Positions 23,118 through 36,483 of a stretch of DNA of 64,000 nucleotides are shown here, one piece after another (the stretch's first letter is position 1; every line of letters starts with the position of its first letter). The notes beneath the pieces are model-generated. The model did not search any database and was not told the origin of the DNA. It was given only the letters and a program-made list of their open reading frames with translations. Made by a program: the position numbers and the translations under genes. Origin of the DNA: an uncultured delta proteobacterium. GTDB taxonomy: Bacteria > Myxococcota_A > Polyangia > Fen-1088. The stretch is from positions 512,001 through 576,000 of the forward strand of contig CAWCMR010000008.1 of assembly GCA_963796685.1 (NCBI GenBank), read 5' to 3'.

Positions 23118-23510
23118 CTAAGGCTCGGCGACCACGCGCAGCCGGACCGGAACGATCCCGGCCCGCAGCATGTCGAGGCGGCGCGCGGCGGCCTCGGACA
23201 CATCGATGATCTTCTTCTGGCCGGCGCAGCGGTCGTTGATGCGAACGACGACGCTGGGAGCGTAGCGGTCGGTGCGCGTGACCTGGACGTGGGTGCCGAA
23301 GGGCAGCACAGGGTGGGCGGCGGTGAAGGCGGCGGGGTCGTAGCGTTCGCCGCTGGCCGTGCGGTGACCGCTCAAGCGCGGCGAGTAGTAGGTGGCCATG
23401 CCCTCCTGCTCGGCACCGAGACGGCCCTCGCGCAATTCGGCCCGCTGCCCGGCGCAACCGGCGGCCGCGAGCACCAGCGCGACCACAACGAGAGGCAAAC
23501 ACCTACACAT
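23118..23510 (-). CDS. rlpA: RlpA-family (DPBB) lipoprotein
   Basis: Lipobox AAAGC, GMATYY, TASGERYD..FTAAHPVLPFGT, VRINDR, IIDVSEAAA. Confidence 0.88.
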   Translation of the reverse strand: MCRCLPLVVVALVLAAAGCAGQRAELREGRLGAEQEGMATYYSPRLSGHRTASGERYDPAAFTAAHPVLPFGTHVQVTRTDRYAPSVVVRINDRCAGQKKIIDVSEAAARRLDMLRAGIVPVRLRVVAEP

Positions 23511-23925
23511 CGACCACACATTGGGCCAGCCAGCTGCCGTCTGCAAGCTGGGCCACACGCAAGGCGGCTGCGGTGGCCGCCTTGACCTCGACGCCAGGCT
23601 GATGGCGAGCGACGTCGAGGGCTTCGCCCACCATTTCGCCCTCGAGCCGCTCGCCGTCGATGCGCACCGTGAATTGCGCGAAGATCATCCGCCTCGTGGC
23701 CATCTGGTAAACAAGGGCGTTCAGCCAGTCGAGCAGCAAGAGCTCGTCATCGGGCGCCGTGCACGCGACCTGCACCGTCTCGCGCGCGACGATGGTTTCC
23801 GGCGGCACGAGCACCGCGGTCAGCGCCAGCGCGGCCTGCTCGAAGGCCTCGTCGCGCGTGCGTCCGAAGCCGCGGATACCCATGTCGGCCTGATGCTCGA
23901 AGTGCTCGAAGGACGGTGCGGGCAT
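23503..23925 (-). CDS. Archease (RtcB activator)
   Basis: FEHFEHQADMGIRG, LLLDWLNALVY, EVKAAT, C-terminal VVDV. Confidence 0.92.
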   Translation of the reverse strand: MPAPSFEHFEHQADMGIRGFGRTRDEAFEQAALALTAVLVPPETIVARETVQVACTAPDDELLLLDWLNALVYQMATRRMIFAQFTVRIDGERLEGEMVGEALDVARHQPGVEVKAATAAALRVAQLADGSWLAQCVVDV

Positions 23926-23933
23926 CACCAGGC

Positions 23934-24125
23934 TCAGAGAATACACGGCGGGGGAGCACCGTACCAGCCGCAGCCGCACAACATGCTGACGCTGGCGGCG
24001 GCACCTTCCGCTACGAATCGGTCGCAGCAGGCTCCGAGCAGCTGCACGGTCGCGCTATCCCCGTCGTATTGCCAGCAGGGAGCCGGGCTACCGGCGTCGG
24101 GCTCGGTTTGCGCGCTCTCGCGCAC
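23934..24125 (-). pseudogene. Cys-rich remnant resembling the C-terminal tail of myxobacterial vWA lipoproteins
   Basis: CWQYDGDSATVQLLGACCDRF...VSMLCGC..PPPCIL; no vWA domain or signal peptide upstream. Confidence 0.4.
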
Positions 24126-24160
24126 GCGGCCCGCGGGCCGCCAGCCGGCCCTTCGGGCGG

Positions 24161-25552
24161 CTAGGGAAATTGCACCAACGCCAGAGTCTCCACGTGCGGC
24201 GTATGGGGCATCATATCGAAGGGGGTCACTTTTACGACCTGCGCGCCCGCGCGGGCCAGCTCGGCCAGATCGCGAGCAAGGGTCCGCGGATCGCAGCTCA
24301 GGTAGGCGAGCATGCGAGGGCGCAAGCGCGCCACGGCGGCGAGCACTTCTCGGCCGCACCCCTTGCGCGGGGGATTGAGGACCACGAAGTCGGCCTCTCC
24401 GATGTCGGCGAGACAGCGGGCAGCGTCGCCGGTCACCACGCGCACGCGGGCCGCATCCTCGCCTTGCTCGGCGAGGAAATCGCCGGTGGCCCGGGTGGCG
24501 GATGCGTTTTCCTCGATCGCCACCACGTCCTTCGCCTTCGCTGCCAGCGACAGCGCAATGCCGCAGGCACCGGCGTACACGTCCACGGCACGCACCATTC
24601 CGTCGGGTGCGGCGGCCACGATGTGGCGGTAGATGTGCGACGCCACCAGACGGTTGGTCTGAAAAAAGGAGCGCGAGGACAGGCGTACACGCACCTCCGC
24701 GATGGCGTCCTCGACGCTCGGCTGGCCGACGAGCACGCGCTCGTGCTCGCCGAGCAAGGCGTTGCCCGTGCTTGGATTCACGTTGAGCACCACGGAGGTC
24801 ACAGCCGGACAACGCTGGCAAAGCGCAGCCGCCACGGACGCGGCGGCCGCCCACTCGGGTCGCGCCGTCACCAGCGTCGCCATCACCTGTCCCGCGGCGG
24901 TCGCGCGCAGCACGGCGTAGCGAAGCACACCCGTGCGCAGGACCTCGTCGAACGGCTCGACGTCGTGGTCGCTCAAGAGGGCGAGCAAAGCCTGCCTGAC
25001 TTCATCGAGGACCGGCTCGACCACCTGGCAGCCACCAAGGTCGACCACATCGTGGGATCGGGGAGCGAAGGCGCCCAGTACGGGTCGGCCCGAATCGTGG
25101 GCAGGACCGTAGACGTACTTGGCCTGGTTGCGATAGCCGAGAATCCGCGGCGAGGGAGCGCACGCCTCGACGGACAGCGCGGCCAGACCAGGGTGGCGCG
25201 CGAGCTCGCCCCGCACGCGCGCTCGTTTCCAGTCGAGCTGGGCCGGGTAGGCCAGGTGCATGAGGGTGCAGCCACCGCACGCCCCATGCGCCGGACATGC
25301 CACTTCCACACGATGCAGGGAAGCTGCCAGCACGGCACGAAGGCTCGCCCATGCCTCGCGCCCGGATCCGTCGCGGTGAACGGACACGTGGTCGAGGCGG
25401 ACCCGCACGCGCTCGCCGGGCAAACCACCCACGATGTGCGCGCGCAAGGTTTCGCTCCCGGACGCGACCTGCGCCACGCCCGCGCCGGCCTCGTCGAGGG
25501 CGGTGCACGTCACCTCGAATTCATCGCCCGGCCGAAGCTCTTGGTCTGACAC
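24161..25552 (-). CDS. rlmD: 23S rRNA (uracil-C5)-methyltransferase RlmD/TrmA family
   Basis: TRAM-like N-terminus, CPAHGACGGC Fe-S motif, SFFQTN, DVYAGACG, NPPRKG, YLSCDPRTLARD, DMMPHTPHVE. Confidence 0.93.
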   Translation of the reverse strand: MSDQELRPGDEFEVTCTALDEAGAGVAQVASGSETLRAHIVGGLPGERVRVRLDHVSVHRDGSGREAWASLRAVLAASLHRVEVACPAHGACGGCTLMHLAYPAQLDWKRARVRGELARHPGLAALSVEACAPSPRILGYRNQAKYVYGPAHDSGRPVLGAFAPRSHDVVDLGGCQVVEPVLDEVRQALLALLSDHDVEPFDEVLRTGVLRYAVLRATAAGQVMATLVTARPEWAAAASVAAALCQRCPAVTSVVLNVNPSTGNALLGEHERVLVGQPSVEDAIAEVRVRLSSRSFFQTNRLVASHIYRHIVAAAPDGMVRAVDVYAGACGIALSLAAKAKDVVAIEENASATRATGDFLAEQGEDAARVRVVTGDAARCLADIGEADFVVLNPPRKGCGREVLAAVARLRPRMLAYLSCDPRTLARDLAELARAGAQVVKVTPFDMMPHTPHVETLALVQFP

Positions 25553-25566
25553 GTGTGTGGGACGGG

Positions 25567-26079
25567 CTAGGCTCGTCCCGAGCCGCCCTTGGCGACCGGG
25601 CTGTCCGGAACGGCGAGATTGGTCACCGCGATGGGACGCTCCAGGGTGGAGGCGATTTTGGCACAGGCCAAGGTGCGCGCACCGCCGGGAAACTGCACAT
25701 CGACCTTGCCCGGCCCAGGTGTCGCTGCCACCACGCCCACGCCGAAGGTCGCGTGAATCACGCGTTCACCGGGCAGGTACGAGTCCTTGGGCGAGTAACC
25801 TCGCGGCGGCTTCGCCGGATCGAAGTCCGCCAGGCGCGGCGCGGGGGTGCCGGTTGCACGTCCCGCCTTGCGACGGCGCGGGCGTCCCCAGGAGCTTCCT
25901 CCGCCGCCACCGCTTGGCGCCGGCGCGTTCTTTTCGCCGCGATAGTTGTGCTGGCTGCCGCACAGCTTGCACACGACCTTGGCGACGCGGTCGCCAATTT
26001 TGGCCATCACCACGTGCCAGGTATCCCCGCAGCGCGTGCAGATGTCCTCGATATCCTCGCCTACCCCTGGAGTCGCCAT
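25567..26079 (-). CDS. Hypothetical protein with N-terminal zinc finger and C-terminal SH3/Tudor-like (UvrD-tail-like) module
   Basis: CTRC...H...CKLCGSQH; YLPGERVIHATFGVGVV...KVDVQF. Confidence 0.75.
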   Translation of the reverse strand: MATPGVGEDIEDICTRCGDTWHVVMAKIGDRVAKVVCKLCGSQHNYRGEKNAPAPSGGGGGSSWGRPRRRKAGRATGTPAPRLADFDPAKPPRGYSPKDSYLPGERVIHATFGVGVVAATPGPGKVDVQFPGGARTLACAKIASTLERPIAVTNLAVPDSPVAKGGSGRA

Positions 26080-26149
26080 GTTGAGTTGCTTCGCGGCCTC
26101 CTGTTACGTCCTGAGGCCGATTCTATCAGGCATCGAGCTTCGCCGCTGG

Positions 26150-26533
26150 CTACTTTTTCAGCGACGCCGAGTAGAGGATGAGCGCGTCGACCTGATCGGC
26201 TCTCAGCCGGTCCTTGAAGGGCTTCATTTCCTGTTCCTTGCCCTGGACGGTCCGCTTGATTCCTTCCAAGACGGACTTGCGCGCGCCTTCGAGCGTCAAG
26301 TCCTTCCAGTAGGCCGCCTTGGTCATGTCCGCAATGCCCATTTCACCACCCAGCTCGGTCTTGGCGCGGCCGTCGTCGCCGTGGCAGGTCGCGCACTTGG
26401 CCTCGAAGAGGCGCTTGGTCTTCTTGTCGGGCTTGTAACCCGCGGGCGGCGCCAGGCCTTCGGCAAGCAGGATCTGTGAAAGAAGCAGCGTGAAGAGCAA
26501 ACTCGCCAGCGCGAGGCAGAGGGAGCGATTCAT
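26150..26533 (-). CDS. Monoheme class I cytochrome c
   Basis: Signal peptide, CATCHG heme motif, distal Met in MKPF. Confidence 0.9.
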   Translation of the reverse strand: MNRSLCLALASLLFTLLLSQILLAEGLAPPAGYKPDKKTKRLFEAKCATCHGDDGRAKTELGGEMGIADMTKAAYWKDLTLEGARKSVLEGIKRTVQGKEQEMKPFKDRLRADQVDALILYSASLKK

Positions 26534-26589
26534 GGGGTACTTCCGTCCTCGACGATAGGCTTCATGCCCGCCGGCCGCTTGTCAAGGAA

Positions 26590-26623
26590 GAGAGAGCACG
26601 GAGACGGAGGAGAGAGCGCAGAG
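26590..26623. repeat. Lone purine-rich arm related to the 9-bp-period intergenic repeat family
   Basis: agagagcacggagacggaggagagagcgcagagg resembles the arms at 41814-41913. Confidence 0.35.
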
Positions 26624-26643
26624 GCGGACGGGGGGCGGGCTTG

Positions 26644-28263
26644 TTACTGCGGCTGGGCGCCGCAGGTCGGGCTGGGGGTTGCGCACGAAACGACACCGCA
26701 AAGCGTGTCGATATCCAGCGGCGTGTTGCCTGAGGCCAGCACTCCCTGGCCTTGGATAGGTCCCGCGCAACCGAGGTCGATTGGCCGGTTGTTCTGGATG
26801 GTCACCCGATCGAGATTGATGGTCTGGCCTTGGGCTGGCAAGCTATCGACGCGGATGCCACCCACGTCCGCGCCCCCTGCGGTCTGACCCGGCCCGTTGC
26901 CGGTGATCGAGGTGTTGCGAATGTCGAAGGCGGCGCCCGCAAGGAGGATGCCACCGCCCGGGTTGTCCTTGATGGTGCATCCGTCCACGTGGAGAGCGAC
27001 CACGGCGCCGATGGCGGCCTCGGCGTTGATACCGATGCCGGTAACGCCCGACGGATTCCCCGCCACCGTCAAGGCGCGCAGGTAGACCTCGCCTCTGGTG
27101 ATGCTGATGCCATCGGTGTAGTCGACCGGGACGATGACTCCTTCTTTGCCGACGACGGTGAGGGGCGCCGACAGGGCGCCCATGTCGAAGGGTGCCTGGA
27201 CCTGTCCCATCACCACCACCACCGGTTTCGCCGCGGACTTGGCCACGCCAATGGCTGTCCGGGCCGTGCAGTAGGGCGTCTGGGCCGAGCCCGCGTAGGC
27301 TCCCGAATCCGAGCAGGTGCCCGCGGCGCTCTTGCCCACGTAGACGGTTTCGGCATCGGTCGCACAGTGGCCGTCCAGCTGGAACATACACACGCCCGGC
27401 CCACCAACCTTGGCCGCGCACTGCACGTCGCTGGTGCATGCCGTGCAGGCGTTCGCCGTGGTATCGCAAATGGGCTGCGCAGCGGACTTGCAGTCGTCGT
27501 TCGTCGCGCACTCGGCGCACGTGCCGCCGGACAGGCACACGGGCTTGGCCGGGGTTCGCGTGGCGCAAGCCGAGGCGCCGACCCCGGCGCAGCCCACGCA
27601 CAGACCGCCCTGACAGAAAGACCTGGTCGCATCGCGAGCACAGTCGCCATCGCCCAGGCATTCCACGCAGCGGCCGGAAACCTCCTCGCAGACAGGCGTG
27701 GGCGCGGGGCAGCCGGCGTCCACCGCGGCACACGATACGCACGCGTGACTGGACGAACAGATGGGGACGCCACCGCCGCACTGATCGCCCGTCTTGCAGG
27801 AAACGCATTGCCCTTGCACGCAGTAGGGGGCGCCCTGGTCGGTGCAGTCGCCGTCGGTGGCGCAGGTTCCGGGAACGTCGGGGACGTAGGCGTCGACCGC
27901 GCTGGCGTCGAGGGCGCCGCCCTGACCAGCCTCGCTGGCCGAGTCCAATTCCACGGCGGCATCGGCCGAGACCGAGACGTCCTCGCCGGCATCGACGGAA
28001 GAAACATCGGTGAACGCCGGTGCGCCATCGATTCCCCGTCCCTGGGGGACATCGGGCGGGCTCGCGTCCCAACCGCCGCCATCGGCGATGGGCACGCAGC
28101 GGTTGCTGATGCACGTGAAACCGTCGTGGCAGGGTTCCGTGAAACAGGTTGCCCAATCGCGGCGGGTGGCATCGCAGCCCATCCCCAGGGCGCCTGGCAG
28201 GGCCAAGGCAAAGACAAGCACCAGCCTTGGAAGCGGCAGGGGCGCTGCCATCTGCCCCTTCAT
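26644..28263 (-). CDS. Cys-rich surface lipoprotein with C-terminal beta-helix region
   Basis: Lipobox LGMGC, D-A-rich linker, many CxxC/CxxDxxC repeats, NPGGGILL..FDIRNTSITGNG. Confidence 0.8.
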   Translation of the reverse strand: MKGQMAAPLPLPRLVLVFALALPGALGMGCDATRRDWATCFTEPCHDGFTCISNRCVPIADGGGWDASPPDVPQGRGIDGAPAFTDVSSVDAGEDVSVSADAAVELDSASEAGQGGALDASAVDAYVPDVPGTCATDGDCTDQGAPYCVQGQCVSCKTGDQCGGGVPICSSSHACVSCAAVDAGCPAPTPVCEEVSGRCVECLGDGDCARDATRSFCQGGLCVGCAGVGASACATRTPAKPVCLSGGTCAECATNDDCKSAAQPICDTTANACTACTSDVQCAAKVGGPGVCMFQLDGHCATDAETVYVGKSAAGTCSDSGAYAGSAQTPYCTARTAIGVAKSAAKPVVVVMGQVQAPFDMGALSAPLTVVGKEGVIVPVDYTDGISITRGEVYLRALTVAGNPSGVTGIGINAEAAIGAVVALHVDGCTIKDNPGGGILLAGAAFDIRNTSITGNGPGQTAGGADVGGIRVDSLPAQGQTINLDRVTIQNNRPIDLGCAGPIQGQGVLASGNTPLDIDTLCGVVSCATPSPTCGAQPQ

Positions 28264-29120
28264 TGGAATCGCCCCGCGAGCTGCAGGCCGGTGGGGCCGG
28301 CGACGACCTGAGCGTGGGCCGGCCACAGGCTCCAGGTCAGAAGCCCCGTACCGCCCAACAAGGCAACGCCGCCCACGATGGCCATGGGCCAGCCGTACTT
28401 GGACGTATTGCGGACCCGGTCGCACCGCGAACAGGCAGACTTGCCGTCGACCGCGACGTAATACGAACCGGCCACCAGGGTCGCGAGGCCGGCACCCGCG
28501 AGTGCAATAGCAGAGTATGCGAGCATGCCGGATCTCTCGGGTTCGGCTTTCGGGATCACCGGCACGGTCACCAGGGGCGCCGGTGGTGGTGCCTTGGGAA
28601 CCGTCTGGGGCGCGGCCGAGCGAGGAATCTCCGGCGCGACTTTCGCCGTTGCACGTAGCGCCTTTTCGATCAGACCTTGGGTCAGGAGCGCGGCCGAGCC
28701 CCACAGATCCTGTTCGTCGCAGATGGGACAGGCACGCCCATCCTTGCCCAGCAGCTTGCCTTCATCGGCGTTCCACAACTGGATGGCCAGCTTGAAGCTC
28801 TCCTTGGCGAAACGCGCCTCCACGTGCAGCACCAGGCTCGCGCCGGAAGCCGCCGCGATCTGCGGCAGGCAACCCGGGATCTCGCAGTGAAGCAGACGGT
28901 CGGGCAAGACCGTGGAGGGCACCAGCGTGATCCCGTTGCGCTTGATCACCTCCGCGATCTCCTTGCGCAGGCGCTCCTTGCTGCCTCGCGAGAGCTGGCC
29001 GGGCGAGGACGGTTCGATGACCACGAGACGCGTGTCATCGGCCGTCGACGCATCGGCGCGGGCGGGGCCGCCCGCGAGCAACCACGCGAGCGCGGCAAGG
29101 CATGAAAAGCGAAGGCTCAT
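28260..29120 (-). CDS. Hypothetical secreted/membrane protein in the kinase operon
   Basis: Signal peptide, CEIPGC and CPIC pairs, Pro-rich linker, hydrophobic helices, terminal LAGRFQ; overlaps next gene. Confidence 0.75.
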   Translation of the reverse strand: MSLRFSCLAALAWLLAGGPARADASTADDTRLVVIEPSSPGQLSRGSKERLRKEIAEVIKRNGITLVPSTVLPDRLLHCEIPGCLPQIAAASGASLVLHVEARFAKESFKLAIQLWNADEGKLLGKDGRACPICDEQDLWGSAALLTQGLIEKALRATAKVAPEIPRSAAPQTVPKAPPPAPLVTVPVIPKAEPERSGMLAYSAIALAGAGLATLVAGSYYVAVDGKSACSRCDRVRNTSKYGWPMAIVGGVALLGGTGLLTWSLWPAHAQVVAGPTGLQLAGRFQ

Positions 29121-29151
29121 GCCTGGACGTTTTCCGATCCTGGCGGTGCCG

Positions 29152-30867
29152 TCAAGGTTCTTGCCTGTCTTTGCCGCTCCTGGCCGGATTCGACACGCTT
29201 TCCTGAACGCGCGCGTGGGCGATGCCCAGGCGATCGCGCAGGAGCGCATCCCCGGGGGCGAGCGCGATGGCCTTGGCGTATTCCTGCTCGGCCTCCGCGA
29301 AGCGCCCCATCTTGAAGAAGGTGTTGCCCACGATGGCGTGGGCCTCGGCGCCACCGCCCACGGTCACGGCGTGCTTGCCTTCTTCCAGCGCGCGCCGCCA
29401 GTCGCGGGCATTGAAGGCATCCCGCGCAAGCATCAGATGATCCGGCTTCGCGGGCGGAGCCATGGCGTCCGCGACTGTTTCGGCCTGCGCCAGCGCGCGC
29501 CCTTCCTTCGCTTCGACTTTCGCATCGCGGCCGGGCTGCGCCAGGGTCGGCGACGACGCGACCGCGGCCGGCGGGGATGGCTTCTCCTGCGCGCGTGGCA
29601 CCACCGCCGCCTGACCTGAGACCGCCTCGACCCGCGTGGCGGACGCGCGGCGGGGAGAGTCGGGTGAGGGGCTCTGCGCGGCCAAACGCATCCAGAGCAG
29701 CGCGCACAACCCCACCAGGCCTCCGACCACGATGGGCGCGACAAAGCGCAGCTTCTGCCGAATGGAGCCCGTGGGCACGAGGGCGGCCTTGGGCAGGCTG
29801 GCGCTCCTGGCGCGCCTTCTTTCCGGCAGGCCGTCGGCGTCCAGCAGGTGGCGCGCCGACTCGACCCACTGGCGCCGCTCCGTTCTTTCCTGCTCGGGCG
29901 TGAAGATCTCCTTCATGGCCAGGGAGAGCCACAGCTCCGGGTGAACCTCGGGCGGAATGAAGACGGCGAGCGCGCGGCGAAGCTCGTCGGCGTTCGCGAA
30001 GCGCTCCTCGGGCCGCACGCTGGTGGCCTGCTTCACCACCGCGTCCAGCTCCGGCGGCACCTCCGCGTTGAAGATCGACGGCGGCAGGTGCTCCCCGCGC
30101 GCGATCCACGTCAGGATTTCGCCCTCGGTTTCGGCGAGTCTGGTCTCGCGGCCCCTGTCGCGGATCGTGCCCACCGGGCGCTGCGTGAGGAGTTGCCACA
30201 ACAGCACCCCGAGCGCGTAGATGTCGGTTCGACGATCGAGCTTGTCGCCCGACTGCAGCTGCTCGGGGGCCAAATGCCAGAGTTTCCCGGCGGCCCGCTG
30301 TGCGCCCGGCCCGCCTCCGTGCAGATCCGACGAGGCGATGCCGAAATCGAGCAGCTTCACCTCGCCCGCATAGGTCAGACGCACGTTGGGCGGATTGATG
30401 TCGCGGTGAACCAGGTTCAGGTTCTCGAAGTCGTGCGCGTAGGCCAACCCGCGCGCGATCTCGGCCACGATGTAGACTGCCACGGGAACCGGAAGCACAC
30501 GTCCCTGGGCGACCATCCGTTCGAGCAAAGCCGAAACATCGTGCCCCTCGACGAACTCCTGGACCAGGAAGACCTCGCCGTCGACCTCGCCGATATTGTG
30601 GGTGTGGGCCAGATTGCTGTGCACCAGTTGGCGCGCCAGATCCGCTTCATGGCGAAAATTGCGAACGTGGTCGGGCTGCGACGACAACGCCGGCAAGAGC
30701 CGCTTGACCACGCACAAGGTCTCGAGCTCGCGATGTCCCGACATGGCCAGGTACACCGCCCCCATGCCACCTTCCCCGAGTGGTCTGAGCAGGACATACG
30801 CCCCGAACTTCTGCGGCAGTCGCGAATCCAACCCGCGCATTCTAAGCCCGCTCGCCCAAGCAGGCAT
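29152..30867 (-). CDS. Membrane Ser/Thr protein kinase with C-terminal TPR
   Basis: LGEGGMGAVY, VVKR, HRDINPPNV, DFG, APE, DIYALG; TM helix; TPR AHAIVGNTFFKMGRFAEAEQEYAKAIALAP. Confidence 0.92.
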   Translation of the reverse strand: MPAWASGLRMRGLDSRLPQKFGAYVLLRPLGEGGMGAVYLAMSGHRELETLCVVKRLLPALSSQPDHVRNFRHEADLARQLVHSNLAHTHNIGEVDGEVFLVQEFVEGHDVSALLERMVAQGRVLPVPVAVYIVAEIARGLAYAHDFENLNLVHRDINPPNVRLTYAGEVKLLDFGIASSDLHGGGPGAQRAAGKLWHLAPEQLQSGDKLDRRTDIYALGVLLWQLLTQRPVGTIRDRGRETRLAETEGEILTWIARGEHLPPSIFNAEVPPELDAVVKQATSVRPEERFANADELRRALAVFIPPEVHPELWLSLAMKEIFTPEQERTERRQWVESARHLLDADGLPERRRARSASLPKAALVPTGSIRQKLRFVAPIVVGGLVGLCALLWMRLAAQSPSPDSPRRASATRVEAVSGQAAVVPRAQEKPSPPAAVASSPTLAQPGRDAKVEAKEGRALAQAETVADAMAPPAKPDHLMLARDAFNARDWRRALEEGKHAVTVGGGAEAHAIVGNTFFKMGRFAEAEQEYAKAIALAPGDALLRDRLGIAHARVQESVSNPARSGKDRQEP

Positions 30868-30888
30868 GTTTTCACGACCTTTTGCCTC

Positions 30889-34485
<3,597 letters not shown>

Positions 34486-34563
34486 GTCCAGGGGGTTTAC
34501 CCGTGAGATGCACGAAGGTCAACGAGAGCAACTCGTGCTAGCGTAGGCTGCGTCAGTGGCCCC

Positions 34564-36446
34564 ATGATTCGTCTTCCGCGCATCGTGAACCTTGCCGGCT
34601 GCCTCTTGGCAGGCGTGGCTGCGACTGGCTGCCGAGCCCAGTCCATGATGCCCCTGCCCGACGCCGCACGCGAAGGCATCCTCAGTTTGAGCGCGGTGCC
34701 CGACTCCCTGGTCATCCGGCCGGGCAGCAGCGGCCGCATCAAGTTCCAGCTGCGCGACCAGTTGGGCCTGCCGGTGGCGAGCTCCCCCTCGACTTCGCCG
34801 TCATCGGGGATGGGACCACGGAGGCGCAGCTTTCGTCCAGTCAGGGGCTCACCGACGTCAACGGGAGCGCTGTGGTCGAGGTCATGGTCGGCAATCTGGC
34901 CAGCGACAACAGTCCTGCGGCCTTCTCCGTTACCGCCACCTACCAGGGTTCGGCGACAGCGCAAGTCGATGTCCTGGTCACCACCAACGCCTACTCGGTC
35001 GAGATCCTGCCCGTGCCTGCCGTAGACTTGCTTGGCTCCACTTCGATCGCGTCCACGAAGCTCCTGTTCTACGACGACACGACATGCGGAGAGCTGGATC
35101 TGACCAACCTGAATGCCGCGCCCACTCGGCCGCGCAGCACCCCGCAACACCCCGTGGTCGCAAATTCGACCTGGGTGTTCTCCGGGGTCGCGGCCAGCGG
35201 CAGCCACGCCGTGGTCGGATTGGGGCTCGACAGCAACAACTTCATCCAAATCGGTGGCTGCGTCGACATCGCAGGTGCTTCCCTGCTCGAGTCGGAAACC
35301 ATTCGAGCAACGCTGTTCATGGACCGCCTGTTTCCGGTGCCGATGGGGAACTACCAGGTGGCCTCCGACTTCAAGCTCACGCCCGCGCCATCGGGCCTCG
35401 GCGCCATTCAGTCGGCCTGGGGACAATGGACGCGCTGTCCCCTCGACCCCGCCCGCCTATGGCTCGATTGCACCCTGGACGCCCTTGCCACGGATCCAGC
35501 CACGGATCCCCTGGACTGCGTTCCCATGCCTGGCGCCGAGGGCGCCTTGGGCGACCTGCTCTTCGCTCGCCGAGGCACGGTGGTCGCGCCGGCAGCCGGA
35601 ACCAGCCCAAGCACATCGGACACGCCGTGCCGCGCCCTGACCGACGGCGATGGCAACACCAGCCTCGACGCCATCGTCACGAGCCTATTTTCCGGGACAA
35701 GCGATCAGCTCCAGGGGACCAAGCTGGGCGACCTTCCCATGGAGATCGCCGCCCTATTGGATGACGTTCACCTCGATTCCTCGATGGCCATCACGGCCGC
35801 CGACGACGTCAACGGTTACACGATCGAGCACGACCTTCTGGGGGTGACCTTCCCCGACGCACTCGCGCCCATCAGCTTCAAGACGACAGACCTGGGCCTG
35901 CCGGTCGCGAGCGTTTCCGGGATCTTGGCGACGCTCAAAGCCGGCCAGCTATCCATTCCCAGCCATGGATTCACCCTGCGGCTCGGTACCACCGCACGCT
36001 ACGCCTTCGAGGCCACCAGCCTCAAATCCAGGGGCGCCGAGAACACTGGTACCCTGGTAAATTCGGTCTGTGCCCTGGCGCAGAAGAGTGATCAAGGCAG
36101 CGTGCTCTCGGGATGCCACGCCTTGGATGCCGCAGTCTGCGATCAGCTCGGGCTATCCAGGCTGTGTTTGTTCGACGCTTGCCAGAACGGGCTTGCCGCG
36201 TTGGCCTCCGGTCTGGCCAAGACGTTCGACGGTCTGAACGGCAACAGTCTCGACTTCTTCCTTTCCGGCTCGACTCCGGTGGTCGATGTGAATGGTGACG
36301 GACTCGCCGATGCCTTGGGGCAAGGAGGTCGGGCCGGCAGCGTGTCAGCGGGTCCCGGTTTGTGGTCGGCCACGTTTGACGCGCAAGGAGGAGGGTACGT
36401 CATCTATGGTTCATGGAGCGCCTCGAAGGTGGCCAGCGGGCCTTGA
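34564..36446 (+). CDS. Large lipoprotein with N-terminal Ig-like domain, split by a one-base deletion in a C-run near 34785
   Basis: Lipobox ATGC; adding one C to agctccccctcgac joins ...GLPVASSP to LDFAVIGDG...GLTDVNGSAVVEVM and the 34872-36446 ORF. Confidence 0.75.
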
Positions 36447-36483
36447 TTGCGCGTAGGACTGGCCCAACAAACCCGCCCGTGAG

